Part shown: piece after piece, positions 1 to 10,933 of the stretch | Layout of the letters: each line of letters starts with the position of its first letter | Numbering within the stretch: position 1 is the stretch's first letter | Origin: an uncultured Acidobacteriota bacterium | GTDB lineage: Bacteria > Acidobacteriota > Vicinamibacteria > Vicinamibacterales > UBA2999 | DNA length: 64,000 nt | Assembly: GCA_963815285.1 (NCBI GenBank) | Contig: CAWFGB010000005.1 | Location: forward strand, 295,919 to 359,918 | Reading direction: 5' to 3' | Notes under the pieces: generated by a model | What the model was told of the DNA's origin: nothing | What the model saw: the letters and a program-made list of their open reading frames with translations, nothing else | The model's database searches: none | Position numbers and translations under genes: made by a program

Positions 1-252
1 GAAGGTCGAGAAGTTTTCGAAGTCTGTTGCCAGCGACAGGGTCTGCGCCCGGACGTCGGCAACCTGCAGCTCCGGAGGGATGGGCTCGTCGAGTAGCGGC
101 AGATCAAAGTCCTTCACGTCCACCAGCTCGTACTCGGCGTCATCGCGCGTGACCGCCAGGCCATGCGCCCACTTCGCCACCGCTTCCCCATTGCGGTTCG
201 GCCGCGTGCTGCGAGGATGATTCCAACTCTCAGTTTCTCTTCGCTTAGTCAC
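1..252 (-). CDS. NAD(P)H-dependent FMN reductase-like flavoprotein. Only the N-terminal part is in the window (the gene runs off the left edge), and the 5' end looks damaged.
   Basis: Not in the ORF track because there is no stop inside the window. The minus-strand frame is open from pos 1 to GTG 252..250. It reads ...STRPNRNGEAVAKWAHGLAVTRDDAEYELVDVKDFDLPLLDEPIPP..., the STRPxRNG / LP..DE pattern of FMN-reductase (flavodoxin-like) proteins. The expected first beta-strand (EKLRVGIIL) is encoded in another frame just upstream. Confidence 0.4.
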   Translation of the reverse strand, partial: MTKRRETESWNHPRSTRPNRNGEAVAKWAHGLAVTRDDAEYELVDVKDFDLPLLDEPIPPELQVADVRAQTLSLATDFENFSTF

Positions 253-418
253 ATGCGGTGTTGTGCAAACAAACAGCGATCCTGAAGCGGTGTGTGATGG
301 CTGCCTCAACCGTGTTAGGGACCTGCTCTTGCTTCGCACAACGGAGGATGTCGCTTATGGTTCGGCTGGATCCCCTTGACGAGGACATGGAACAAGCCCC
401 CGCAAACTGAAGACTCCA

Positions 419-464
419 AAGAGCGCGGCTTCGTCAAAGTCCAGAGAGCGCGGCTTCGTCAAAG
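419..464 (+). repeat. Two direct copies of AGAGCGCGGCTTCGTCAAAG (about 24-nt period) upstream of the 585 gene.
   Basis: Read directly: aaAGAGCGCGGCTTCGTCAAAGtccagAGAGCGCGGCTTCGTCAAAGatcgg. A GATCG-rich stretch follows. Possible operator. Confidence 0.6.
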
Positions 465-584
465 ATCGGCGCGATCGAAGATCGCGGCAAGTCGGACGGC
501 ATCGGTCCAGATGATGTCGGCGATATTGCTGATGAAGGACCAGCGCATCGGAGGTAAAATCGGCGGCTCACAAGGAGACGTCGA

Positions 585-1229
585 ATGCGTAACGCATGTA
601 TCCTAGCGGCCGCGGTCCTGCTTGCTTCTCAGAGCGGAACGGTGCTCGCGCAGAACAAAACGAACCTCAGTTTCTTCATTACGAGCGTCGGGAGCGGCGA
701 TGGTGCCAATCTCGGAGGCCTCGCCGGCGCTGATGCTCATTGTCAGAAGCTTGCGGCGGCGGCTGGTGCGGGGAACCGCACATGGCGCGCGTATCTCAGC
801 GGCACGGAAAAGGGCAAGCCCGTCAGCGCGAAGGATCGCATCGGCGCCGGGCCATGGTTCAACGCCAAAGGCGTGCAGATTGCGGCTAATGCTGCCGAAC
901 TCCACAGTGAGGCCGCCAAGACCGGCAAGGAAGGGTCTCTCACGGAAAAGGGTGAGCCGGTCCCCGGTCGTGGTGACAAGCCCAATCAGCACGACATCCT
1001 GACCGGCTCGCAAATGGACGGCACGGCGTTCACCGATGGGGAGGACCACACGTGCAACAACTGGACGAGCAACGGCACGGGGTCCGCACAGGTCGGACAC
1101 CACGATCGCCAGGGCGGTGGCGCCAATCCGACGTCCTGGAATAGTGCGCACGCGTCGAAGGGCTGCAGCCAGGAGGCGCTGATAGGCACCGGCGGCAACG
1201 GTTACTTCTACTGCTTCGCGTCGAAATAG
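585..1229 (+). CDS. Secreted endostatin-like / C-type-lectin-fold protein (DUF1554-like).
   Basis: ATG is preceded by AAGGAG. Signal peptide [53 protein letters not shown] resembles the endostatin core [28 protein letters not shown]. The C-terminal HTCNNWTS...GC...YFYCF Cys pattern resembles endostatin YCETWRT...SC...VLCIE. Confidence 0.75.
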   Translation: [214 protein letters not shown]

Positions 1230-1241
1230 GCAGGGTGGCCG

Positions 1242-1275
1242 GGTAGGCAGATGGGCAGAACCCATCCTGCCTACC
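1242..1275 (+). terminator. Strong hairpin downstream of the 585 gene, with no clear U-tract.
   Basis: GGTAGGCAGATGGG-cagaa-CCCATCCTGCCTACC. A 14-15 bp stem with one bulge, 13 nt after the stop codon. Confidence 0.45.
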
Positions 1276-1335
1276 GACAGGTCTACGTCCCTTCCCACCC
1301 CGTTCCCTCAACTGCCCACCGTCTACGATAGGCGC

Positions 1336-1986
1336 ATGATTCCGATCGTGATCGGCGTGGCAGGGGGCTCAGGGTCCGGCAAGTCGACGGTTGTCCGTCG
1401 GATCATCGACAGCATCGGCCATGACCAGGTGGCCGTGCTCGATCACGATCGCTACTATCGGGACCGGAACGACCTTCGCTTCGAGGAGCGCGCCGCCCTC
1501 AACTACGACCATCCTGACGCCCTCGAAACCGATCTGATGGTCCAGCACGTGCTGGAACTGAAAGCTGGTCGCCCAGTCGAAGTGCCCTCCTACGATTTCA
1601 CCCGCTATGCCCGCCTGGCCGCGCCGGAAACCGTTCCCGCCCGCCGCGCCATCATCGTCGAAGGCATTTTGATTTTCACCGATGCGGCGCTACGTGCGCT
1701 GATGGACATCAAGGTGTTTGTGGACACCGATGCCGACACGCGGTTCATCCGCCGGCTCCAGCGTGATGTCGCCGATCGCGGACGGACGATGGAGTCAGTC
1801 ATCGAGCAGTATCAATCGACGGTCAAGCCGATGCATCTCGAGTTCGTCGAACCAAGCAAGCGGTATGCAGACTTGATTCTCCCGCAGGGCGGCCACAACG
1901 TCGTCGCCGTAGATTTGCTGCTGCGCCTGATTCGTGGCGTCGCGGGTGTCTCCCCGTATGGCCCCGCCGACGACTCGACCGCGTGA
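1336..1986 (+). CDS. udk: Uridine kinase.
   Basis: P-loop IVIGVAGGSGSGKST, NYDHPDA, and the DTDADTRFIRRLQRDVADRGR motif typical of Udk. Length 216 aa. Confidence 0.93.
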   Translation: MIPIVIGVAGGSGSGKSTVVRRIIDSIGHDQVAVLDHDRYYRDRNDLRFEERAALNYDHPDALETDLMVQHVLELKAGRPVEVPSYDFTRYARLAAPETVPARRAIIVEGILIFTDAALRALMDIKVFVDTDADTRFIRRLQRDVADRGRTMESVIEQYQSTVKPMHLEFVEPSKRYADLILPQGGHNVVAVDLLLRLIRGVAGVSPYGPADDSTA

Positions 1987-2014
1987 TAGGCGTGTTCGCG
2001 ATCGCTCAACTCCA

Positions 2015-2449
2015 TCATGCGCTGGCTGCCTGGTCTGATTGCTCGCGTAGCGCCCGATCGGGCAGGACGAACGTGTGGCGGGCAAAATCAGACCACAAGG
2101 TCTCAGCCGTGTAGTAGTCGTCGAGGATCGATGGCTTCCACTTGAGCAAGTCGGGATTGGCCGCGGCAAATTCCAGCCAGCTCTCCCCCTGACAAATCTG
2201 CTGCCTGGCGTGAATGAGCAGCAGGTACGCCCACGTGATGGTCACGTGATAGAGCTGTGGGGCGCCCTTGGCCAGTGCGAAGCGGCGTAACGCCGAGGAG
2301 TATGCCGCCAACGCGTCGGGCAATCCATAGCGGCGCACGAAGAGCCACGCCGTGCGCACGTGCTCGGTATGGCCGAACTGACCGGCCGCGAGGGTGGCGC
2401 GTTCGAATCCGTCGACGAGATCCTGATCCGTCAGCGGTGCGGTGGTCAC
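2015..2449 (-). CDS. Hypothetical helical protein, 144 aa.
   Basis: Long ORF with coding-like composition. Its start overlaps the stop of the upstream small gene by 4 nt (2446..2449). No family recognised. Confidence 0.65.
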   Translation of the reverse strand: MTTAPLTDQDLVDGFERATLAAGQFGHTEHVRTAWLFVRRYGLPDALAAYSSALRRFALAKGAPQLYHVTITWAYLLLIHARQQICQGESWLEFAAANPDLLKWKPSILDDYYTAETLWSDFARHTFVLPDRALREQSDQAASA

Positions 2450-2712
2450 GAAGGCACCTCCTGGGCTTCCTTGAGGGAATGCGCGTCGCGTGCGTCAAGC
2501 GTCAGGCCGAATACCTGCTTGAGCTCTGCGATCTTGGCGAGGGATTCCTTCCCGAAGGGTGCCTGGCCGTCGAAGGCGTGCAAGACGATGCCTTCCAGTA
2601 AATCGCCCAACGTCATGTCGTGATAGTCGGCCAGCGCCTTGAGCACCTTGAGGAGCCGTTTCTCCAGGCGCACCCCAGTCTGCACTCGCTCAACGATGGT
2701 AGGTTTACCCAT
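2446..2712 (-). CDS. Small ribbon-helix-helix-like DNA-binding protein (putative).
   Basis: Start trimmed to ATG 2712 (MGKPTIVERVQTGVRLEKRLLKVLKALADYHDMTLGDLLEGIVLH...). The beta-strand then two-helix pattern resembles CopG/RHH. An AT-rich promoter-like region lies immediately upstream. Confidence 0.6.
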   Translation of the reverse strand: MGKPTIVERVQTGVRLEKRLLKVLKALADYHDMTLGDLLEGIVLHAFDGQAPFGKESLAKIAELKQVFGLTLDARDAHSLKEAQEVPS

Positions 2713-2760
2713 GTTATCTAAGTACCAAGTTATCACAGTACCGTAGTTGCGACCTGTCAA
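2713..2760 (-). promoter_or_regulatory. Promoter/operator-like AT-rich segment.
   Basis: The minus strand reads TTGACAggtcgcaactacGGTACtgtGATAACttGGTACttaGATAACatg. Perfect -35 TTGACA, a weak -10 (TGATAA at about 19 nt), and repeated GGTAC / GATAAC words. Very short leader with no SD. Confidence 0.4.
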
Positions 2761-2886
2761 CCAGGTCGCTCAATCCCACCGCCGGCTCGCTCAGCGGCCA
2801 ACGCGGGATTCAGTATCATCCGCAGATGCGCCGCCCAAGCGGTGCGACGGCCGCCCGGTCGGCTGAATGGGTGGAAAGGAATCTCC

Positions 2887-3774
2887 ATGCGCCTCTCGAT
2901 TGCCACCCTGCCCTTCGTCCTCGTGGCCATCGCCGCCCCGGCGCTCGCGCAAGACATGCCTGCCGAGTACGCCGCGGTGCTGAAGGCGCTCAACAAGCCA
3001 GGCGACTACAAGGGCAATGTCCTCAAGGTGAACGTCCCGCGCAACGACGTCACAGTGGCGGTCCAGGGAGTGCTCGTTCCCACACCGCTGGGGTTTGGCG
3101 GGTGGATTGCCCTGACCAAGGGCGATCACGACATCGAGGTCATGATGGGTGATCTGGTCCTGACCGAAAGCGAGGTCAACGCGGTCATGACCGCGGTGCT
3201 CACCGCAGGTCTCAACGTGACTGCGCTGCACAATCACTTTTTCTTCGATTCGCCGCGCATGTATTACATGCACGTTCACGGTATCGGGACGGCGGCGGAG
3301 CTCACGCAGAAGATCAAGCCGGCACTCGATCTCATTGGCCGCGATCCATTCGCAGTCCTGGCTGGCAGCGGCACCGATTTACCCAAGGCACCGCTGAATG
3401 CCGAACAACTCTCGACACTCGTGGGACATCCTGGCGAGAAGAACGGAGACGTCTACAAGATCACGGTCGGACGGCCTGACCTTGACCTTCGCGAGCATGG
3501 TGCAAGGATCGAATCACGGATGGGACTCAACACCTGGGCTGCATTTGCCGGCTCGGATAAGGAAGCGGTGGTCGCCGGGGACGTCGCCATGCTCGCGTCC
3601 GAAGTCACGCCGGTGCTCAAGGCGCTGCGCGGTGCCGGTCTCAGCGTTGTCGCGCTTCACCATCACATGACGACTGGAACACCGGTGTTCTTCGTGCATT
3701 ACTGGGGACGCGGCGACGCCGCGACGCTGGCGCGCGGTGTGAGGGCGGCGTTGGACGTGTTGCCCAAGCACTGA
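2887..3774 (+). CDS. DUF1259 (LppY/LpqO-like) secreted protein.
   Basis: Start trimmed to ATG 2887 after GGAAAGGAA. Signal peptide MRLSIATLPFVLVAIAAPALAQ. Two repeats contain the ...TALHNHF / VALHHHM motif typical of DUF1259. Confidence 0.8.
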   Translation: MRLSIATLPFVLVAIAAPALAQDMPAEYAAVLKALNKPGDYKGNVLKVNVPRNDVTVAVQGVLVPTPLGFGGWIALTKGDHDIEVMMGDLVLTESEVNAVMTAVLTAGLNVTALHNHFFFDSPRMYYMHVHGIGTAAELTQKIKPALDLIGRDPFAVLAGSGTDLPKAPLNAEQLSTLVGHPGEKNGDVYKITVGRPDLDLREHGARIESRMGLNTWAAFAGSDKEAVVAGDVAMLASEVTPVLKALRGAGLSVVALHHHMTTGTPVFFVHYWGRGDAATLARGVRAALDVLPKH

Positions 3775-3776
3775 CG

Positions 3777-4637
3777 CTATCTGGTGTCCTCTGTGGTCCG
3801 AAATGCGCCCAGGAGCTTGAACCACGTCGTCGCACGCTGCAGCTCCTCGTAGACGACGGGAGGAATGCGTCCGGCCTGAGGCTCGATCATTTCGACGACG
3901 AATCGATACTCGAAGCCGGTGCCGGCGATCGGTCGCCCTTCGATCTTCGTCACGCTCAGGCCATGAGCCGCGATCGGTTGCAGCGCGGTGACGAGCGCAC
4001 CAGGCTCGTGGCGCAAGCCGCAGATGATGAACGCTTTCTGGGCGTCTTCAGCAGGCGCCGCCTGGCTGCGATGGGACAGCCGGAGAAACCGGGTCCAGTT
4101 GCCCTGATGATCCTGGATGTGCTCGGCGAGAATGGACGCGCCGTACATTTCTGCGGCTCGGCGTGACGCGATCGCCGCAGTGAACGTGTCGCCGGATGCG
4201 AGGATCATGCGCACGGCCCCCGCGGTATCGAACACCGACACTGCCTCGATGCCGTGGTTCTGGCGGAAGAAGTCCGCGCATTGGGCCAGGGCCAACGGGT
4301 GGGATAAGACGCGGCGCAGGTCCCCGCGGCGGGCCCCCGGCGGGGCTACCAGCACGTAATCGATGTTGACGATCGTTTCGCCCGTGACCACCAGGTCGTG
4401 GGTCAGCAGCAGCTCGTAAACGCTCGGCACGGTGCCGGATGCCGCGCTTTCGACGGGAACGATGGCGTGAGTGGCCCGGCCGTCCACGACCGCGTCAAAG
4501 GCCTGCTCGAGCGTGGCGCATGGCATCAACCTGGCCTCGGTGCCCAACAGTGCCAGCGCCGCTTCCTCGCTATAGGCGCCAGGTGCCCCCTGATACGCCG
4601 CATCGGCCTCGGATCTGTAGATATCGAACTGCTGCAT
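3777..4637 (-). CDS. pheA: Prephenate dehydratase with C-terminal ACT domain.
   Basis: Start trimmed to ATG 4637 (MQQFDIYRSEADAAYQGAPGAYSEEA...). PDT motifs are AIVPVESAASGTV and the TRFL motif, followed by an ACT-like tail. The 120 codons upstream in the track ORF are low-complexity and overlap sppA. Confidence 0.9.
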   Translation of the reverse strand: MQQFDIYRSEADAAYQGAPGAYSEEAALALLGTEARLMPCATLEQAFDAVVDGRATHAIVPVESAASGTVPSVYELLLTHDLVVTGETIVNIDYVLVAPPGARRGDLRRVLSHPLALAQCADFFRQNHGIEAVSVFDTAGAVRMILASGDTFTAAIASRRAAEMYGASILAEHIQDHQGNWTRFLRLSHRSQAAPAEDAQKAFIICGLRHEPGALVTALQPIAAHGLSVTKIEGRPIAGTGFEYRFVVEMIEPQAGRIPPVVYEELQRATTWFKLLGAFRTTEDTR

Positions 4638-4689
4638 CGGGTTGACGATATGATTGATCGACGCGGCTCGCGCCGTGTCATCCAATATT

Positions 4690-6471
4690 ATGAAACGCGG
4701 CCTTTGGCTCGTCCTCTTGTTGATCTGCATTGCGGTGCTCGTGTCCGTCGCCGCTACCGCCGTCCTGTACTTCGTGGTGGCGCCGACTACGCGCGTCGCC
4801 GATAGCTCAACGCTCGTACTGCGGCCGGGCGGGGAGCTCTTCGAGATCGTCCCGGATGACGTGCTGCAGTTCGTTTCTCGAACCGAGGCGCGGACGGTGC
4901 AGGGGTATGTCGAGGCGCTGCGCAAGGCCAAAGTGGACAGGCGCATCACTGCGGTACTGCTGGCGCCGCGCCCGTTGAGCTCGCCGTTCTGGGGCAAGGT
5001 TCAGGAATTACACGAAGCGCTTCTCGACTTCAAAACCTCGGGCAAGCCCGTGTACGCGTTTCTCGAGTATGGCGGCGACCGCGAGTACTACCTCGCGACG
5101 GCCGCAGACAAAGTGTTTCTGGTGCCCACCGCCACACTCGATCTCACGGGCGTCGCCACCTATGAGGTCTTTCTGCGCGGCACGCTCGACTGGATTGGCA
5201 CCTACCCCGATCTGTTGCACATCGGCGATTACAAGACCGCGATCAACATCTTCACGGAGAAGACGTTCACGCCGGCTCATCGCGAGATGAGCGCATCGCT
5301 CAATCGGGATCAGTTCGAACAGCTCGTGCGTGCCGTGGCCGATGGCCGGCACAAGACCGAGGCCGAAGTTCGCACGGCCATCGACGAGGGCCCGCTGCTG
5401 CCAGAGGACGCGCTGCGCCACGGACTGGTCGACGATCTTGCGTACGAAGACGAGTTGGATGATCTGGTCGGCGACGTGGGCGGACCCGGCACCTTACGTC
5501 TGGTCGAAAGCGACGAGTATGCACGCGTCCCCTGGGAATCGCTGGGCGTGCGGCGGCGCCACAAGATTGCCGTGCTCAATGCCGTGGGCGCGATCATCGG
5601 CGGGAAGAGTGGATACGACCCTGTCAACGGTGCCGTGATGGGATCCGACTCGCTCGTGGATTACATCAGGCGGATTCGTGCGGATTCATCGATTCGCGCG
5701 ATCATCCTGCGCATCGACAGCCCCGGCGGGTCTTCGACCGCGTCGGATGTGATCTGGCGCGAGCTGATGATTACCAAGGGCGGGCCCAACGGCAAGCCCA
5801 TCGTCGTCTCGATGTCCGACCTGGCGGCCTCGGGCGGTTATTACATCGCGATGGCTGGCGATGTAGTCGTCGCCCAACCTGGGACGCTCACGGGATCGAT
5901 CGGCATCTACACCGGCAAGTACGTCACCGGCGGCTCGGTCGACAAGCTCGGCGCAAATGTCGAGGCCACGAGCGATGGCCGTCACGCCGAAATCTACTCG
6001 CCGGACCGTCGGTTCACCGCGGACGAACGCGCCAAGGTGCAGGAGTCGATGCAGGCGTTTTACGACCAGTTCGTGGAAAAGGTGGCCGAGGCGCGGCAGA
6101 CCACGCCAGAAAAAGTGGATCAGATCGCGCAGGGCCGGGTGTGGACCGGTCAACAGGCCAAGCAGGTGGGCCTCGTCGACGAACTGGGCGGCATGCAGGT
6201 GGCCGTGGCCGCTGCAAAGCAACGTGCGCGGATTGCCGCCGAGGACGAGGTGGAGCTGGTGGTGTATCCGCCGCGCCGCAGCTTCTACGAAGTGCTCAGC
6301 GAGTCATTCGATCAACCGACGGCGACGCGGCAAACAGCATCGACGGCCGAAGCCATTCTGACGTTGCTCGGACCACGCGATCGCAAGATTCTGGCGGCGA
6401 TTCTGGCACCCTCGCGGCTGTTCCGCTCGGGCGAGATTCTCGCCCACATGCCATACGTGTTCCTGCGATAG
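4690..6471 (+). CDS. sppA: Signal peptide peptidase SppA, 67K type (two S49 domains).
   Basis: Start trimmed to ATG 4690 (MKRGLWLVLLLICIAVL, a TM anchor). Duplicated ClpP/S49 fold. LRIDSPGGSSTASD and MSDLAASGGYYIAMAGD are catalytic-Ser-type motifs. Confidence 0.9.
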   Translation: MKRGLWLVLLLICIAVLVSVAATAVLYFVVAPTTRVADSSTLVLRPGGELFEIVPDDVLQFVSRTEARTVQGYVEALRKAKVDRRITAVLLAPRPLSSPFWGKVQELHEALLDFKTSGKPVYAFLEYGGDREYYLATAADKVFLVPTATLDLTGVATYEVFLRGTLDWIGTYPDLLHIGDYKTAINIFTEKTFTPAHREMSASLNRDQFEQLVRAVADGRHKTEAEVRTAIDEGPLLPEDALRHGLVDDLAYEDELDDLVGDVGGPGTLRLVESDEYARVPWESLGVRRRHKIAVLNAVGAIIGGKSGYDPVNGAVMGSDSLVDYIRRIRADSSIRAIILRIDSPGGSSTASDVIWRELMITKGGPNGKPIVVSMSDLAASGGYYIAMAGDVVVAQPGTLTGSIGIYTGKYVTGGSVDKLGANVEATSDGRHAEIYSPDRRFTADERAKVQESMQAFYDQFVEKVAEARQTTPEKVDQIAQGRVWTGQQAKQVGLVDELGGMQVAVAAAKQRARIAAEDEVELVVYPPRRSFYEVLSESFDQPTATRQTASTAEAILTLLGPRDRKILAAILAPSRLFRSGEILAHMPYVFLR

Positions 6472-6498
6472 GGACCCGCCCATGGGCCCCCCGCACGG

Positions 6499-8466
6499 TT
6501 AGAAGATGGGCGGTCCGCTCGGCGGCGCTCCAGGTGCCGCGGCCGGCGCCGGCCCGAGGGCACGTTGCAACGTCTCCTGGCTGATCTCAATCTGCAGGCT
6601 CTTCTTCGCTTCCACCATGTAGCCACTGAAGAAGCGGTCGCGGCGCTGGTTCACCAGCTCTTCGCGCATCTTGTCAATGCCGGATGCCACCTGCGCGTCG
6701 GTCACGCCCTCCTTCGCAGCCACCCGAATGATTGCGGTGCCCTGTGGGGTGGTGATCGGGTCGCTTACGCCACCTTGAGGAAGGGCGAAGGCCACGGCAT
6801 CGACGTCCGGGCTGACGCCCAGGTCAGGGATGGGCGAGCCCCGCGGAATCAGCTCGGTGGGTTTCACCTCGAGCCCCGCTTTGGCGGCGGCGGCAGCGAA
6901 ATCGGCTGCCCCCTTCAGTCTGGCGGCAATCTCCCCCGCTTTGGTCTTGGCTAGTTCCCCGGCGCGCTCTCGAACGAGGTCATCGCGTACGCGATCACGC
7001 ACTTCGGCGAGTTCCGGGAGCCGCGGTTCTTCCTTTCCGATCACCGCCGCTAGAACCCAGCCGCGCGAGACGCGCAGCGGTAGACTGACGGCGCCGTCGG
7101 CGAGCTGGAAGGCTTGCGCCGAGACTTCGGGTGCCGGCCCAAGTCCATCGATCGGCTCGTCGCGCAGAAACGCCCCCGTGTCCTGAAGGTGCAGACCGCG
7201 CTCCTTGGCGATGCGCGTCAGGTCCTCGACCGACTTCACCTCGCCGGCGAGCGCCTTGGCTGTGGTCTCGGCCTGCGCCTGCGCCCTCTGCCACTTCAAC
7301 TGGTCCTCGAGCTCCGGCCGGACCTCTTCGAGCGGTCGTGTCGCCGCGGCCTGATTCCTGTCGACCTTGATGATGTGGTACCCGAACGACGTCTTCACCA
7401 GGTCGCTGATGTCGCCAGGTTTCAGCGTGAAAGCGACCTGCTCGAATTCCGGCACCATAGTGCCGCGGCCGAACTCGCCGAGCGATCCGCCGTTGGTGTT
7501 ATTGGACTCGTCCTCTGAATACTGCTTGGCCAGCGCCGCAAAGTTTTCACCAGCCCGGGCGCGCTTGAGGACCCCCTCGGCCTGCTTGCGGACGGCCTCT
7601 TCGTCTTTGTCCTCGATCCGGAACAGGATGTGGCTGGCCGCGAGCTGTTCCGGTGTCGTGTATTGCGCGAGATTCTGTTTGTAGAAAGCCTGGAGGTCGG
7701 CGTCGGGCACCGTTACCTGCTGGCGCACCTGATCGACATCGACGAGGGCATAGCGCAGCCGGCGCTTCTCGCCGGTTCGGTAGGTCTCCTTGTGGGCTTC
7801 GAAGTGCGTCGCCAACTCCGCGTCGGTTACGGTCACCTGGCTTCGGAACGCTTCCGGCGTCAGCGGCACGACGTCGAGGCGGACTTTTTCGTTGCGACGG
7901 CGGAACTCATCGGCGACTTCGCCATCAGTGACCGACATCCAACCCGTCACCGCATTCCGAAGCTTTTCCACCAGCAGGGCGCGCCGTAGGTTGTCCTCGA
8001 AGTCCGAGGTGGTGAGCGGCGGGTTGTTCATCTGCAGCATCTGGCGATAGCGCTGCTCGCCGATGAACCGCCCGTTCTCCTGAAAAGCGGGAATCGCCAA
8101 AATACGTTCGCGAACTTCGACATCGCTGACGCGAATGCCCTGGCGCCGTGCCTCGGCGACCATCGCCTCCTCGTCCACCATCTGCTGGAGGATCTGTTGC
8201 TCGATGCCGAGCTGTCGCAGGAGCTGATCGCTCAACTGCGATCCGTAGGCTTTGCGGTAGGCCTGCAGCTGCGCCGTGTAGCGGCGCTGGAAATCTCCAA
8301 CCGTAATGGTCTCGCCCTGAACCTCCGCGAGCACTTCGTTGGGCGCCGCGCCGGCGGTGGGCGTAATGAAATCGGGGATGTAAAACACTACAAAGGTCAG
8401 GACGACGAGCGCCAGGCTCCACTTGAGCCAGCCCTTGTGGCGCCGCATCCGGTCGAGCATCGTCAT
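6499..8466 (-). CDS. PpiD/SurA-like periplasmic chaperone with parvulin PPIase domain.
   Basis: N-terminal anchor [28 protein letters not shown]. Parvulin motif ASHILF...[17 protein letters not shown]...FGYHIIKV. Confidence 0.85.
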   Translation of the reverse strand: MTMLDRMRRHKGWLKWSLALVVLTFVVFYIPDFITPTAGAAPNEVLAEVQGETITVGDFQRRYTAQLQAYRKAYGSQLSDQLLRQLGIEQQILQQMVDEEAMVAEARRQGIRVSDVEVRERILAIPAFQENGRFIGEQRYRQMLQMNNPPLTTSDFEDNLRRALLVEKLRNAVTGWMSVTDGEVADEFRRRNEKVRLDVVPLTPEAFRSQVTVTDAELATHFEAHKETYRTGEKRRLRYALVDVDQVRQQVTVPDADLQAFYKQNLAQYTTPEQLAASHILFRIEDKDEEAVRKQAEGVLKRARAGENFAALAKQYSEDESNNTNGGSLGEFGRGTMVPEFEQVAFTLKPGDISDLVKTSFGYHIIKVDRNQAAATRPLEEVRPELEDQLKWQRAQAQAETTAKALAGEVKSVEDLTRIAKERGLHLQDTGAFLRDEPIDGLGPAPEVSAQAFQLADGAVSLPLRVSRGWVLAAVIGKEEPRLPELAEVRDRVRDDLVRERAGELAKTKAGEIAARLKGAADFAAAAAKAGLEVKPTELIPRGSPIPDLGVSPDVDAVAFALPQGGVSDPITTPQGTAIIRVAAKEGVTDAQVASGIDKMREELVNQRRDRFFSGYMVEAKKSLQIEISQETLQRALGPAPAAAPGAPPSGPPIF

Positions 8467-8701
8467 AGACAGATTTCCTTAAAGGAAACTCGGATCGTAC
8501 CACAGCCGCAGGCCGTCCACGGACGTTCTTGCCCCAAGTTCTTGACGGCGGTCCCTCCGGCGGTTCGCGACGAGGGTGCTGCCTAGAAGGACGGCCGTGT
8601 CGAACCGTCGTGCAAACGGTGGTGAAGAGCGTCCGCAAAGAACCCTCTTTTAGAACCCCCGTGTGGTGTTGTCGTGATATATTCCTTACCTATAGAAGGA
8701 C

Positions 8702-10838
<2,137 letters not shown>

Positions 10839-10870
10839 GTATTGCCTTCGACGTCCCGCCGCGCCGATAG

Positions 10871-10926
10871 CCACGATGGGCACGAAGGCAACGAAGGACG
10901 CGACGCCATCGTGACCTTCGTGTTGG
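10871..10926. repeat. CACGAAGG-type word cluster with interleaved inverted copies (mreB-mreC spacer).
   Basis: cCACGATGGgCACGAAGGcaACGAAGGacgcgacgCCATCGTGaCCTTCGTGttgg. The pairing partners are ordered 1,2,..,1',2' rather than nested. Confidence 0.7.
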
Positions 10927-10933
10927 GGAACTG

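Noticed and set aside
4638-4997. An N-terminal 120-codon extension of pheA in the ORF track.
   Set aside because: It is low-complexity Ser/Thr/Ala/Arg sequence that overlaps the sppA 5' region on the other strand. Homology to prephenate dehydratase begins at the ATG at 4637.
8467-8701. The 235-nt ppiD/GGDEF divergent spacer as a possible ncRNA locus.
   Set aside because: No repeats, conserved-looking structure or terminator were found. It is probably just two divergent promoters.
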